A stretch of 64,000 nucleotides of DNA from Caproicibacter sp. (GTDB taxonomy: Bacteria; Bacillota; Clostridia; Oscillospirales; Acutalibacteraceae). Positions 47,369 through 55,900 of this stretch are shown here, in pieces. Numbering within the stretch: position 1 is the stretch's first letter; the number at the start of each line of letters is the position of its first letter. The stretch covers positions 70,832 to 134,831 of the forward strand of contig NZ_JBJKOP010000036.1 in the NCBI RefSeq assembly GCF_046707225.1. Reading direction: 5' to 3'. The notes below the pieces were generated by a model. That model had not been told where the DNA came from. It made no database searches and worked only from the letters and a program-made list of their open reading frames with translations. Both the position numbers and the translations under genes were made by a program.

Positions 47369-48319
47369 TCAGTCGGAAGTCAGCATGCCGGTTTCCGAGA
47401 CGTCGTATCCGCCGATTGCCTGAAGCTCGGCGCGGAACTCCGGGGAGCGCACCGTTTCCAAAGCCTGCCGGAACAACGGCTTTGAAAGGTTTTCCTCTTT
47501 GAAAACAAGGTCGTACCGTTCCTGCTGCAGAGGAACGAATTCAATCGAATCAACCTGCATTGCCGTTTTTTCTATGCCGACAGCAGCGTCCGCTCCGCCG
47601 CGGGCAACCGCGCCGGCAGCCGCAAGATGTGTGAGGCAGGCGCGGCTGTAGCCCTTGATCCGTGTCCCCTCAAGACCGAGCAGGCGCAGATGCTCATCCA
47701 GAAGAATTCTGGTTCCGCTTCCTTTTTCGCGGTTTGCAATGGTGATGTCGGAGCGCTTCAGGTCTTCCCAGGAGCGCAGGTTTTTCGGGTTCCCTTTTTG
47801 TACGTAGAAGCCCTGCATCCGGTAGGCCAGATTAACCGAGATAACCGCAGTTCCGGGGAGCAGGCTCCGGAGGTATGTCGTGTTGTACGTTCCGGTTTTC
47901 CCGTCCCAGAGATGAGCCGTCGCAAGCTGCACTTCATTGTTATAGAGACCGTAAAGACCGTTGTAGCTGCCGATATACGAACGAAGAATCCGCTGATTCG
48001 GGCGAAATTCTTCCAGTCTGCGGGAGAGCAGGTCAAGCGCAAGGTCCTGCCCGCACAGGACAAATCCGTTTTCGACAGGCTCCCGCTCTGAAAGAAGAGG
48101 ATTTCGGCCTGCGTTTTTGTCCGCTTTGCCCGGGCCGGTCTTGGCGGACTCAAGATACGCGCGAACGTCGCTGTAATCAAAGCGGATTTTATTGCCGATG
48201 CGGTAGCCGTTCAGCTCATTTCGCTTAATCAGCTCGTAGACCAGATTTTTGCTGATTTTCAGCAGATCCGCGACTTCCTGGGGGGTCAGCGCGGTAAGCT
48301 CTTTTGCCGGTTGGTTCAT
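47369..48319 (-). CDS. Transcriptional regulator: excisionase/MerR-type HTH fused to a periplasmic-binding-protein-like ligand domain
   Basis: 316 aa. LTPQEVADLLKISKNLVYELIKRNELNGYRIGNKIRF, followed by a PBP-like domain (...ANREKGSGTRILLDEHL...). Confidence 0.7.
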   Translation of the reverse strand: MNQPAKELTALTPQEVADLLKISKNLVYELIKRNELNGYRIGNKIRFDYSDVRAYLESAKTGPGKADKNAGRNPLLSEREPVENGFVLCGQDLALDLLSRRLEEFRPNQRILRSYIGSYNGLYGLYNNEVQLATAHLWDGKTGTYNTTYLRSLLPGTAVISVNLAYRMQGFYVQKGNPKNLRSWEDLKRSDITIANREKGSGTRILLDEHLRLLGLEGTRIKGYSRACLTHLAAAGAVARGGADAAVGIEKTAMQVDSIEFVPLQQERYDLVFKEENLSKPLFRQALETVRSPEFRAELQAIGGYDVSETGMLTSD

Positions 48320-48573
48320 TTCACAAGTCCCTTTCCGCTTTATTTCGTTACTAATTATACCAAATTGTCAATCGTTTGCAAGAAAAGAATGACGCCTTTT
48401 TGCACTGACTTTATTTATTTTAGTTCATGATGGAATTAATTGGGATTTTTTCTACACTTCACTAATAAATTATGTTTAAAATCGAATAAAACTTTTTATC
48501 AAACGGATTATTTTCGAAGTATTGCAATATAAAACAAAACGATTTAAAATGAAACGGTACAAAACATAAAAAA

Positions 48574-48622
48574 ACAGACGAAAGCGAAGGAGCCTAAATC
48601 ACTTTGCTTCCGTCTGTTTTTT
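48574..48622 (+). terminator. Terminator-like hairpin in the leader of the ABC operon
   Basis: ACAGACGAAAGCGAAG ... CTTTGCTTCCGTCTGT (about 14 of 16 positions paired) followed by T6, 50 nt upstream of the start codon. An A-run precedes it. Confidence 0.55.
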
Positions 48623-48671
48623 ATTTGCTGGAACCGGGATATCCGGCTGCGGCAGACAGGAGGAAAGAGAA

Positions 48672-49856
48672 ATGGAAATGGATCGAGTAAAGAGGAAAAG
48701 CGCACGATTATACAGGGCTGTCATCGGCCTTTCCCTGACAATTCTGGCGGCTGGTCTTTTTGGATGTTCTCAGGGGAGCGCGAGTCCGCCAAATTCACAG
48801 GCAGCCTCCGTTCTCTCCTCCGATGTCTCTTCCGAGGCGACTTCCAGTCATCGGAAGGCCGCGGACGGGACAAGGACGATCACGGACATGATGGGAAACC
48901 GCATCACTGTGCCTGACGAAATCCGCCGGGTGTACTGTTCCAGTCCCATTGGGACCGACTTCCTTTACACGCTTGCGCCCGATACGCTCCTCGGGTGGAG
49001 CTGGGCTTTATCGGACGAGGAGAAAAAATATATTCTCTCTCCGTACAAGGATCTGCCGGTTCTCGGAGGAAACATGGCGGGGCAGAACTCCATCAATACG
49101 GAAAGCGTCATCAAACTGAAACCGGACATTATTTTGGACTTTGCGCACGAGGGACAGGTCGGCGAAGCGGTGAAAAAGCTGAGCGAACAGACGGGAATTC
49201 CGATTGTGGAGGCGCCCTCCGATCTGGACCGGACCGAAGAATGCTATCGATTTTTCGGGAATCTCCTCAATCGAAAGGATCGCGGCGACCAGCTGGCGGA
49301 TTATGTAAGGGATTCTCTCGCAAAGACGAAAGCCGCCTGTGAAAAGGTCCCGGCCGACCGGCGAATGAAGCTGTATTATTCGGAAAGCGCCGACGGGCTA
49401 AAGACGGACGGGACGGATTCCATGCATACGGAGGTGATCAACTTTGTCAGCGCAATCAACGTGGTGGATATGAAAACCACCGCGATGGCGAAGGGAACGG
49501 CTGTGTCGATGGAACAGGTCCTTGCCTGGAATCCGGATGTGATTCTGGTGAATACGAAGATGGGGGGGAGTGAATTTTTGAAATCCGTCTACTCCGACCC
49601 CAAATGGGCCTCTGTTTCCGCCGTAAAAAACAAACGGATTTACACGCCGGTTTCCGTTCCGTTCAACTGGTTTGACCGCCCACCCTCCATGGCCCGTGTG
49701 CTGGGGGTTCAGTGGCTTGCGAGTGCTTTGTACCCGGATACGGTAAAAATAGACCTGAAAAGTGAAGTGCAAAAATTTTATCAGCTTTTTTATCAGGCTG
49801 AAGTATCCGACGAACAGGCCGAAGCGCTGCTCAAAGCCTCGGGGGTCGATCCGTGA
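48672..49856 (+). CDS. ABC importer substrate-binding lipoprotein (FecB/BtuF/TroA-like cluster)
   Basis: 394 aa. Signal peptide with lipobox LAAGLFGC, a Ser-rich linker, then a PBP fold (...WNPDVILV...FNWFDRPPS...). Confidence 0.8.
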   Translation: MEMDRVKRKSARLYRAVIGLSLTILAAGLFGCSQGSASPPNSQAASVLSSDVSSEATSSHRKAADGTRTITDMMGNRITVPDEIRRVYCSSPIGTDFLYTLAPDTLLGWSWALSDEEKKYILSPYKDLPVLGGNMAGQNSINTESVIKLKPDIILDFAHEGQVGEAVKKLSEQTGIPIVEAPSDLDRTEECYRFFGNLLNRKDRGDQLADYVRDSLAKTKAACEKVPADRRMKLYYSESADGLKTDGTDSMHTEVINFVSAINVVDMKTTAMAKGTAVSMEQVLAWNPDVILVNTKMGGSEFLKSVYSDPKWASVSAVKNKRIYTPVSVPFNWFDRPPSMARVLGVQWLASALYPDTVKIDLKSEVQKFYQLFYQAEVSDEQAEALLKASGVDP

Positions 49857-50929
49857 ACGCCCCGTCGGTCAGGCTTGCGAAGATTGAGCGAAGGGCCGGA
49901 CGCGTGCGTATAAACCGAAGAAAAGTGAAAATCGCGGCGGTGTTGCCCATTCTGCCGATTGCCGCTTTTCTGTTTTCCCTCACGGTCGGGCGGTATGGAA
50001 TCCCGCTTCCTGAGTTTTTCAGGCTGCTCCGGATGCGGGCGCTGGGAATCGCCTTGGAAGGAAACTTTTCCACAATGGCGACGGTCCTGTTCGGCGTGCG
50101 CCTTCCCCGGATTTTGAGCGCCTTGCTGGTCGGCGCGGCTCTTTCCGCCTCCGGCGCGACGTATCAGGGAATATTCAAGAACCCCATGGTGTCGCCGGAT
50201 ATTCTCGGCGCCTCGGCCGGCGCCGGTTTCGGCGCGGCGCTGGCGATTCTGAACTCGTTTGGAATTCTCGGCATTGAACTCTCTTCTTTTTTGGGCGGAA
50301 TCACCGCCGTTTTCATGACTTCGCTTTTCACCCGCGCGGTTGGGCGGCACGGAGAAACGGTTTTGCTTTTGATTCTGACCGGAATGGTGGTGCAGAATCT
50401 GTTTAGCGCATTCACCTCCATCACGAAGTATGTTGCGGACCCGAATGACAAGCTGCCGGAGATCACGTTCTGGCTGATGGGAGGACTTTCCTCCATCACC
50501 TGGCGGGAGGTTTGGATGCTTCTGATTCCCTGCATGGCCGGCATGATCCCGCTCTTTTTAAGCCGCTGGCAGATCAACGCGCTGACCTTCGGGGACGAGG
50601 AAGCACAGTCGCTCGGTGTGGATACGCGGAAAATCCGTATTTTGCTGATTTTTGCGTCCACTCTGCTGACCTCGGCTTCCATCGCGGTCTCCGGAATGAT
50701 CGGCTGGGTCGGGCTGATTATTCCGCATCTGACGAGGCTTGCGGTCGGCCCCAATTACAGGGCGCTTCTGCCGGCGTCCGTTCTGATCGGGAGCGCCTTC
50801 CTTCTTCTGGTCGACAATGCCGCGCGCTGCATCTTTCCGACGGAAATTCCGCTTGGAATTCTGACCTCGATTATCGGCGCCCCGTTTTTTCTCTATCTGC
50901 TGCTGAAAAGAAAGGGGGCGGCGGAATGA
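49853..50929 (+). CDS. ABC importer permease (FecCD/BtuC family)
   Basis: 358 aa. RLPRILSALLVGAALSASGATYQGIFKNPMVSPDILG is typical of FecCD. Confidence 0.9.
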   Translation: MNAPSVRLAKIERRAGRVRINRRKVKIAAVLPILPIAAFLFSLTVGRYGIPLPEFFRLLRMRALGIALEGNFSTMATVLFGVRLPRILSALLVGAALSASGATYQGIFKNPMVSPDILGASAGAGFGAALAILNSFGILGIELSSFLGGITAVFMTSLFTRAVGRHGETVLLLILTGMVVQNLFSAFTSITKYVADPNDKLPEITFWLMGGLSSITWREVWMLLIPCMAGMIPLFLSRWQINALTFGDEEAQSLGVDTRKIRILLIFASTLLTSASIAVSGMIGWVGLIIPHLTRLAVGPNYRALLPASVLIGSAFLLLVDNAARCIFPTEIPLGILTSIIGAPFFLYLLLKRKGAAE

Positions 50930-51705
50930 AACTGGAGCTTTTATCCGTCGCGTGCGGGTACGGCGGAAAGAACGTCCTAAGCGGAATTTCGTTCAGCGTT
51001 TCCTCCGGCGAAATTCTCTGCATTCTGGGACCGAACGGCGTGGGAAAAACCACGCTGTTCAAATCAGTGCTCGGATTTCTGAACCTGAGGGGCGGGGAAA
51101 TCCGGGCCGATGGGGAGAATGTGAGCGGCTGGTCGCGAAGAAGGTTTGCACGTTCCGTCGGTTACGTTCCTCAGGCGCACAACACCCCCTTTCCGTTCAC
51201 GGTTTTCGATGTGGTCCTGATGGGCCGCACCGCCTATTTCGGCACGTTTTCCACGCCGGACGAACAGGATCGTAAGATCGTTGAACGGGTACTTGAAGCG
51301 CTGGAGATTGATTGTTTGAGAGACCGCCGGTTTACGGAGCTCAGCGGCGGCGAACGGCAGATGGTTCTCATTGCCCGGGCGCTGGCGCAAAAACCGAAAA
51401 TTCTTGTAATGGACGAACCAACCAGCAATCTTGATTTCGGGAATCAGATTCGCGTTCTGAGGCGGATTAAGAAGCTGTCGCAGAGCGGCCTGGGAGTCGT
51501 GATGACGTCCCATTTTCCCGATCATGCGTTTCTGTGTTCCTCCCGCGTGGCCCTGCTGCGGCGGGGTGGGTTGCAGATCGGCGCGCCGGATACAATCGTT
51601 ACGGAAAAAAATTTACAGGATATTTATGGGGTTTCCGTGAAAATTGCTGAAGTTTCCATCGGAAACGGCATTGGTGTCAAGACCTGCGTCCCCCTGATTA
51701 ACTGA
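50926..51705 (+). CDS. ABC importer ATP-binding protein (FecE/BtuD-like)
   Basis: Start at MKLELL (ATGA overlap with the permease). GPNGVGKTT, LSGGERQ, LVMDEPTS. Confidence 0.9.
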   Translation: MKLELLSVACGYGGKNVLSGISFSVSSGEILCILGPNGVGKTTLFKSVLGFLNLRGGEIRADGENVSGWSRRRFARSVGYVPQAHNTPFPFTVFDVVLMGRTAYFGTFSTPDEQDRKIVERVLEALEIDCLRDRRFTELSGGERQMVLIARALAQKPKILVMDEPTSNLDFGNQIRVLRRIKKLSQSGLGVVMTSHFPDHAFLCSSRVALLRRGGLQIGAPDTIVTEKNLQDIYGVSVKIAEVSIGNGIGVKTCVPLIN

Positions 51706-51735
51706 AAAAGCGTGAAGAACAAGGAGATGAAGAAG

Positions 51736-52374
51736 ATGAATCATGCGGAAGATTTTGACTGCATCGCGGAAAATATCTTTTTTCCGATCTATGAGGTGAT
51801 TGCAAAGGACATCCTCGCTTATTCCAAAATCGCCTCCGGAAGGATTCTTGACCTGGGCTGCGGGGGCGGGCATCTGGGGCTTTCCGTATTAAAACAGGAA
51901 AAAGGGCTTTCAGCTGTTTTACTGGATCGGAACCCGGACGCGGCGGCGATCGCGGAACATCGGGCGGCGCAGTGGGGCCTCAGACAGCGCGCAACGCCGA
52001 TCGTTGCCGACGTTTCACGGATTCCGCTTCCTGACGGCAGCGTCGACCTCGCCGTGAGCCGCGGTTCTTTCGGTTTCTGGCCGGATGAGGGCCTCGCCTT
52101 TTCTGAAATTCTGCGGGTTTTGAGCCCGGGCGGCAAAGCCTATATCGGCGGCGGATTCGGGAACCTGGACCTGAAGCAGAAAATCGTGGAAAAGATGAAG
52201 ACGGTTCACCCCGACTGGCCGGAGTGCGTTCACCGGAAGACCAACGGATTTACCGCAGAGGATTACGGCAAAATTTTAAGCGGGCTCGGCGCGGAATTTG
52301 AGTTCATTGACAATGAGGAGAAGGGCTTCTGGATTTTGCTGCAGAAGCCACGCAGAATGGAGGCCGTGTCATGA
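51736..52374 (+). CDS. Class I SAM-dependent methyltransferase
   Basis: ILDLGCGGGHLG motif I; VLSPGGKAYIGG. Start at MNHAED (AAGGAG 9 nt upstream). The ORF track starts at 51712. Confidence 0.8.
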   Translation: MNHAEDFDCIAENIFFPIYEVIAKDILAYSKIASGRILDLGCGGGHLGLSVLKQEKGLSAVLLDRNPDAAAIAEHRAAQWGLRQRATPIVADVSRIPLPDGSVDLAVSRGSFGFWPDEGLAFSEILRVLSPGGKAYIGGGFGNLDLKQKIVEKMKTVHPDWPECVHRKTNGFTAEDYGKILSGLGAEFEFIDNEEKGFWILLQKPRRMEAVS

Positions 52375-53051
52375 AGCTGATTACAGTTTCGGGCCCGCCG
52401 TCCTCCGGGAAAACCTCCGCCGTTCTTCAGGCGGTTCGGTGTTTCTCACGCAGTGTCAGATTCGGCGTCGTTAAATTCGACTGCCTTTCCACCTGCGACG
52501 ACGGGATTTATCAAAAATCGGGGATTCCGGTACGGGTCGGCATCTCCGGAAATCTGTGTCCCGATCACTATTACATTACAAATATCAGCGAGGCGGTTCA
52601 GTGGGGACTTGAAAATCGTTTCGATTATCTGATTTCCGAAAGCGCGGGGCTGTGCAACCGTTGTTCCCCCCATATCCGGGACGTCCTCGCCGTCTGTGTA
52701 ATCGACAATCTTTCCGGAATCAACACACCCCAGAAGATCGGACCCATGCTTCGAAACGCGGACCTCGTGGTTGTCACAAAGGGCGATATCGTTTCGCAGG
52801 CGGAACGGGAGGTGTTTTCCTTCCACATCCGGAAAACAAATCCCAGAGCAACCGTTGTTTCCATCAACGGCCTTACGGGGCAGGGGGCGCTGATTCTGAG
52901 CAAGTGGTTTGAGCAGGCGAAAGACATCGACAGCCTGGAGCACATGCGTCTTCGCTTTACCATGCCGGCGGCCGTATGCTCCTACTGCCTCGGACAGACG
53001 CTGATCGGGAAGGAATTTCAGATGGGATTTACACGAAAAATGGAGTTTTGA
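52371..53051 (+). CDS. G3E-family (HypB/UreG/CobW-like) P-loop GTPase, putative metallochaperone
   Basis: 226 aa. Walker A VSGPPSSGKTS. GNLCPDH. ISESAGLCNRCSP (compare ENVGNLVCP of HypB). VVVTKGD (NKxD-like). C-terminal CSYC. Confidence 0.6.
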   Translation: MKLITVSGPPSSGKTSAVLQAVRCFSRSVRFGVVKFDCLSTCDDGIYQKSGIPVRVGISGNLCPDHYYITNISEAVQWGLENRFDYLISESAGLCNRCSPHIRDVLAVCVIDNLSGINTPQKIGPMLRNADLVVVTKGDIVSQAEREVFSFHIRKTNPRATVVSINGLTGQGALILSKWFEQAKDIDSLEHMRLRFTMPAAVCSYCLGQTLIGKEFQMGFTRKMEF

Positions 53052-53060
53052 GGGATCGAT

Positions 53061-54119
53061 ATGGAACACAGTCAGATTTTAGAAATGGTTCATACGCAGA
53101 AGCTGGGGCGGCTTTTCGAGCTTTGCCCAGCGATTCAGTTTTTTTTCAGCGGGATTCGCCTGGAGCGGCTGGACACGGAGGAGACTCTGGAGGAAGCGCT
53201 TCAGGGAATCGCCGACGAATATCTGGAGGATTTTGGCCTGACGCGCGGAGAAATTTCGGACTCCCTCGTTCGCCTGATGGAAAAGGACCGGGAGGAAGAG
53301 TCCGGGGGCCGGGTCGCCGTCAGGGAACTGACCGTCCTTCCCGGACTTGATAAATCCGGAAAAGCGGAGCAGTCGGGCTTTACGGTGCGCCGTGGCGAAA
53401 TTGTCGCCGTCGTCGGGCCGACCGGTTCCGGGAAAAGCCGCCTTCTGGGAGACATCGAATGCCTTGCCCAGAGCGACACGCCGACGGAAAGGAGCATTCT
53501 GATCAACGGTGAAATTCCGGACGACGCCTGTCGCTTTGCGCTTGGCGGACGCCTAATTTCACAGCTTTCGCAGAACATGAATTTTGTCATCGACCTGTCG
53601 ATCCGCGACTTTTTAACCATGCATGCGCAAAGCCGCATGGTCAAACAGGCGGACGACAGAATCGAGGAGGTCTTTCTTTGCGCAAACCGGCTGTCCGGGG
53701 AACCGTTCCAAATGGATTCCGGCGTCACGCAGTTGAGCGGGGGCCAGTCCCGGGCGCTGATGATCGCCGACGCCGCAATCCTCAGCAATTCCCCGATCGT
53801 GCTGATCGACGAGATTGAGAACGCGGGAATCGACCGGGAACAGGCCGTCAGGCTTCTTGCCGAGCAAGAAAAAATTGTGTTTCTTTCAACGCACGATCCG
53901 CTTTTGGCCCTTTCGGCCGACCGCAGGGTGGTCATCCGAAACGGGGGCGTTTACCGGGTGCTGGAAACGTCCCGGCAGGAAAGAAGCAACCTTGCGGTGA
54001 TCGAACGGGAGGACCGGAAGCTGATGGAGCTTCGCCGGTCCATCCGCCTTGGCGGCCGGCTGGATTTCGACATGGAAGCTTTTTTTCACGGGATTCAGGG
54101 TTCGGCGCAAAGAACTTGA
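53061..54119 (+). CDS. Stand-alone ABC-type ATPase with an N-terminal extension of about 110 aa
   Basis: GPTGSGKSRLL, Q-loop SQLSQ, LSGGQSRAL, VLIDEIENAGID, STHD. No cognate permease is adjacent. Confidence 0.7.
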   Translation: MEHSQILEMVHTQKLGRLFELCPAIQFFFSGIRLERLDTEETLEEALQGIADEYLEDFGLTRGEISDSLVRLMEKDREEESGGRVAVRELTVLPGLDKSGKAEQSGFTVRRGEIVAVVGPTGSGKSRLLGDIECLAQSDTPTERSILINGEIPDDACRFALGGRLISQLSQNMNFVIDLSIRDFLTMHAQSRMVKQADDRIEEVFLCANRLSGEPFQMDSGVTQLSGGQSRALMIADAAILSNSPIVLIDEIENAGIDREQAVRLLAEQEKIVFLSTHDPLLALSADRRVVIRNGGVYRVLETSRQERSNLAVIEREDRKLMELRRSIRLGGRLDFDMEAFFHGIQGSAQRT

Positions 54120-54140
54120 AATAAAAAGGAGGATACGAGT

Positions 54141-55160
54141 ATGAGTCAAATGGTCAAAACCGGCGAGGCCTGCTCCAGCATCATCGCGGACAGCGGACTG
54201 GACTTTATCGGTCAGGTTCTGTGCCCGATGAAAGCCAATTTTAAACAGGGCTACGACGAAGTGGCGGAACGGTATAAGAAGGAAACAGGATGTGCTTTTT
54301 ACAGCTATGTTCCAACCGTCTGCGGGAGCAAGGGAGACCGGAACGAAGCGACGGCCGGAGATATCCTGAAGTACCTGACCATTGACGATCTTCCGGGTAT
54401 GATCGCCTCGTTCGGACTGGGGGATTACTTTTCCTCACAGTTCCGCGAGCGTTTTCTGAAACAGGGTTATTTTGAGTCCATCAAAAGGAACGGTTTGAGC
54501 TCGGCCTTTGAAGAAGCGGGAATTGACGACCCATCCGGCGAGTTTTACATTTATTCCGGGTATCCCGCCGTATTTCTGGTGGACCGGAAAAAGCTCGGCG
54601 ATCTACCGGTTCCCCGCAAATGGGAGGATCTGCTCAGCCCCGTTTACCGCGATAACATCACCATCGGGGGAGCACATGGCATGGTTTCCCAAACACTTCT
54701 GCTTTACCTGTACAAGATGTTTGGGGATGAAGGGCTCAAAATGCTGGAACCGAATGTCCGTCAGGCGATGCACCCCTCGGAAATGGCGAAACTTGCGGGC
54801 ACATCTGCCAAAGCGGGCACCGCCGTCTACGTCATTATGCTGTTTTTTGGAAAAGCCTGCGGCAAGACAGACCGCACGGAGCTTGTCTGGCCGCAGGACG
54901 GCGCAATTTTCGATCCCGCTTTTATTTTGGTCAAAAAAGGCATGACGGAGAAGTATCAGGTGCTGATCGATTATATCACCGGTGAACGGTACGGGAAGAT
55001 TTCCGCCGCAAACAGTTTTCCGGTGACGACTCCTCTGGTAAGAAATCCCCTGCCTGAAGGAGCAAAGCTGCAATGGCTGGGGTGGGATTTTATTAACTCC
55101 CACTGTATGGAAGAGGTTGTTGGCCATGTGACGGAACCGTTTCAAAAGTTTTTAATTTAA
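54141..55160 (+). CDS. Solute-binding-protein-like protein lacking any signal peptide or lipobox (predicted cytoplasmic)
   Basis: 339 aa. AAGGAGG RBS. The N-terminus MSQMVKTGEACSSIIADSG is not hydrophobic. The overall pattern resembles type-2 PBPs (iron/polyamine class), which is a weak call. Confidence 0.45.
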   Translation: MSQMVKTGEACSSIIADSGLDFIGQVLCPMKANFKQGYDEVAERYKKETGCAFYSYVPTVCGSKGDRNEATAGDILKYLTIDDLPGMIASFGLGDYFSSQFRERFLKQGYFESIKRNGLSSAFEEAGIDDPSGEFYIYSGYPAVFLVDRKKLGDLPVPRKWEDLLSPVYRDNITIGGAHGMVSQTLLLYLYKMFGDEGLKMLEPNVRQAMHPSEMAKLAGTSAKAGTAVYVIMLFFGKACGKTDRTELVWPQDGAIFDPAFILVKKGMTEKYQVLIDYITGERYGKISAANSFPVTTPLVRNPLPEGAKLQWLGWDFINSHCMEEVVGHVTEPFQKFLI

Positions 55161-55294
55161 GCAGAGGTGTTTTGGCATGTAGGTTCTTGAGGCGCTGGAG
55201 AATCGGGATATCTGGGGCACGCCGGTTTTCTTGGGGTAAGTCAAAAGGCCGGTAATAGCTTCAAAGAAAGCTAGAAAGCATACAATAAAAACAT

Positions 55295-55849
55295 TTAGTC
55301 AGAGCTTATTGGCGAACCACAATATTCGCATTCACCCACTGATCCCTTTACAATTTGGTTCTGAGCGCCGCAGTTTTTGCATATAACGACCTGTGTTTCA
55401 CTGCTTGGAACTGTATCCTCATTGCTGGCAGCCGAAGCGACTCTCCCTCGAAAAGCAATGCTGTTTGTTGTTTGATCAATATATGCACCTACAAAATATT
55501 TTTTATCAATCATATATTTCATATCTTCAAAGACAAAATTCACCGGCATTTGAACCATATTTGCAATTTGATCAATACTGGTCTGATTTTGATTTGCTAT
55601 GACGGCTATGTATTCTCTGAACCTTCGAATCCTGTCTTTTGTCTTTTTACCATAGACAATCAGTAGAACACCCAAGGCGATAAAGATCAGGCAAAAAATA
55701 ATATAGCCTGCTTTCTCTGTCACAGCGGATACTCCAAATAAACCAATTAGAAATAATAAAGCGTTGATCCACCCGACTATTGTTGAAACTTTACCGAGTA
55801 TTGCTGCTACCATTACTGCGGATTTCGATGTATGTGTAGTTTGTCCCAC
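55295..55849 (-). CDS. Membrane protein (2-3 TM) with a C-terminal zinc ribbon
   Basis: 184 aa. GTG start with AAAGGGG RBS. C-terminus VICKNCGAQNQIVKGSVGECEYCGSPI. Confidence 0.6.
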   Translation of the reverse strand: MGQTTHTSKSAVMVAAILGKVSTIVGWINALLFLIGLFGVSAVTEKAGYIIFCLIFIALGVLLIVYGKKTKDRIRRFREYIAVIANQNQTSIDQIANMVQMPVNFVFEDMKYMIDKKYFVGAYIDQTTNSIAFRGRVASAASNEDTVPSSETQVVICKNCGAQNQIVKGSVGECEYCGSPISSD

Positions 55850-55900
55850 CTTAAAATGCCCCTTTCTTAAACTGCGCGGCTAACTGGTTTCTTTTTTTAA

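Noticed and set aside
48320-48671. Expected a cobalamin riboswitch upstream of the BtuF/FecB-type importer.
   Set aside because: No B12-box-like sequence or GC-rich multi-stem aptamer is visible. The region is about 70% AT, with only the single terminator-like hairpin.
50512-50925. N-terminal 138-aa extension of the ABC ATPase ORF in the track (50512-51705).
   Set aside because: The extension overlaps the FecCD permease in another frame and is Arg/Gly-rich. The ATPase starts at MKLELL (50926), with an ATGA overlap to the permease stop.
55195-55212. Possible direct repeat of the tRNA-Ala 3' end (CTGGAGAATCGGGATATC versus GTGGAGCATAGCGGGATCGA) marking an island boundary.
   Set aside because: Only about 14-15 matching positions, and a gap is needed. 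There is no integrase. The similarity could be chance, so I mention it only as something to test.
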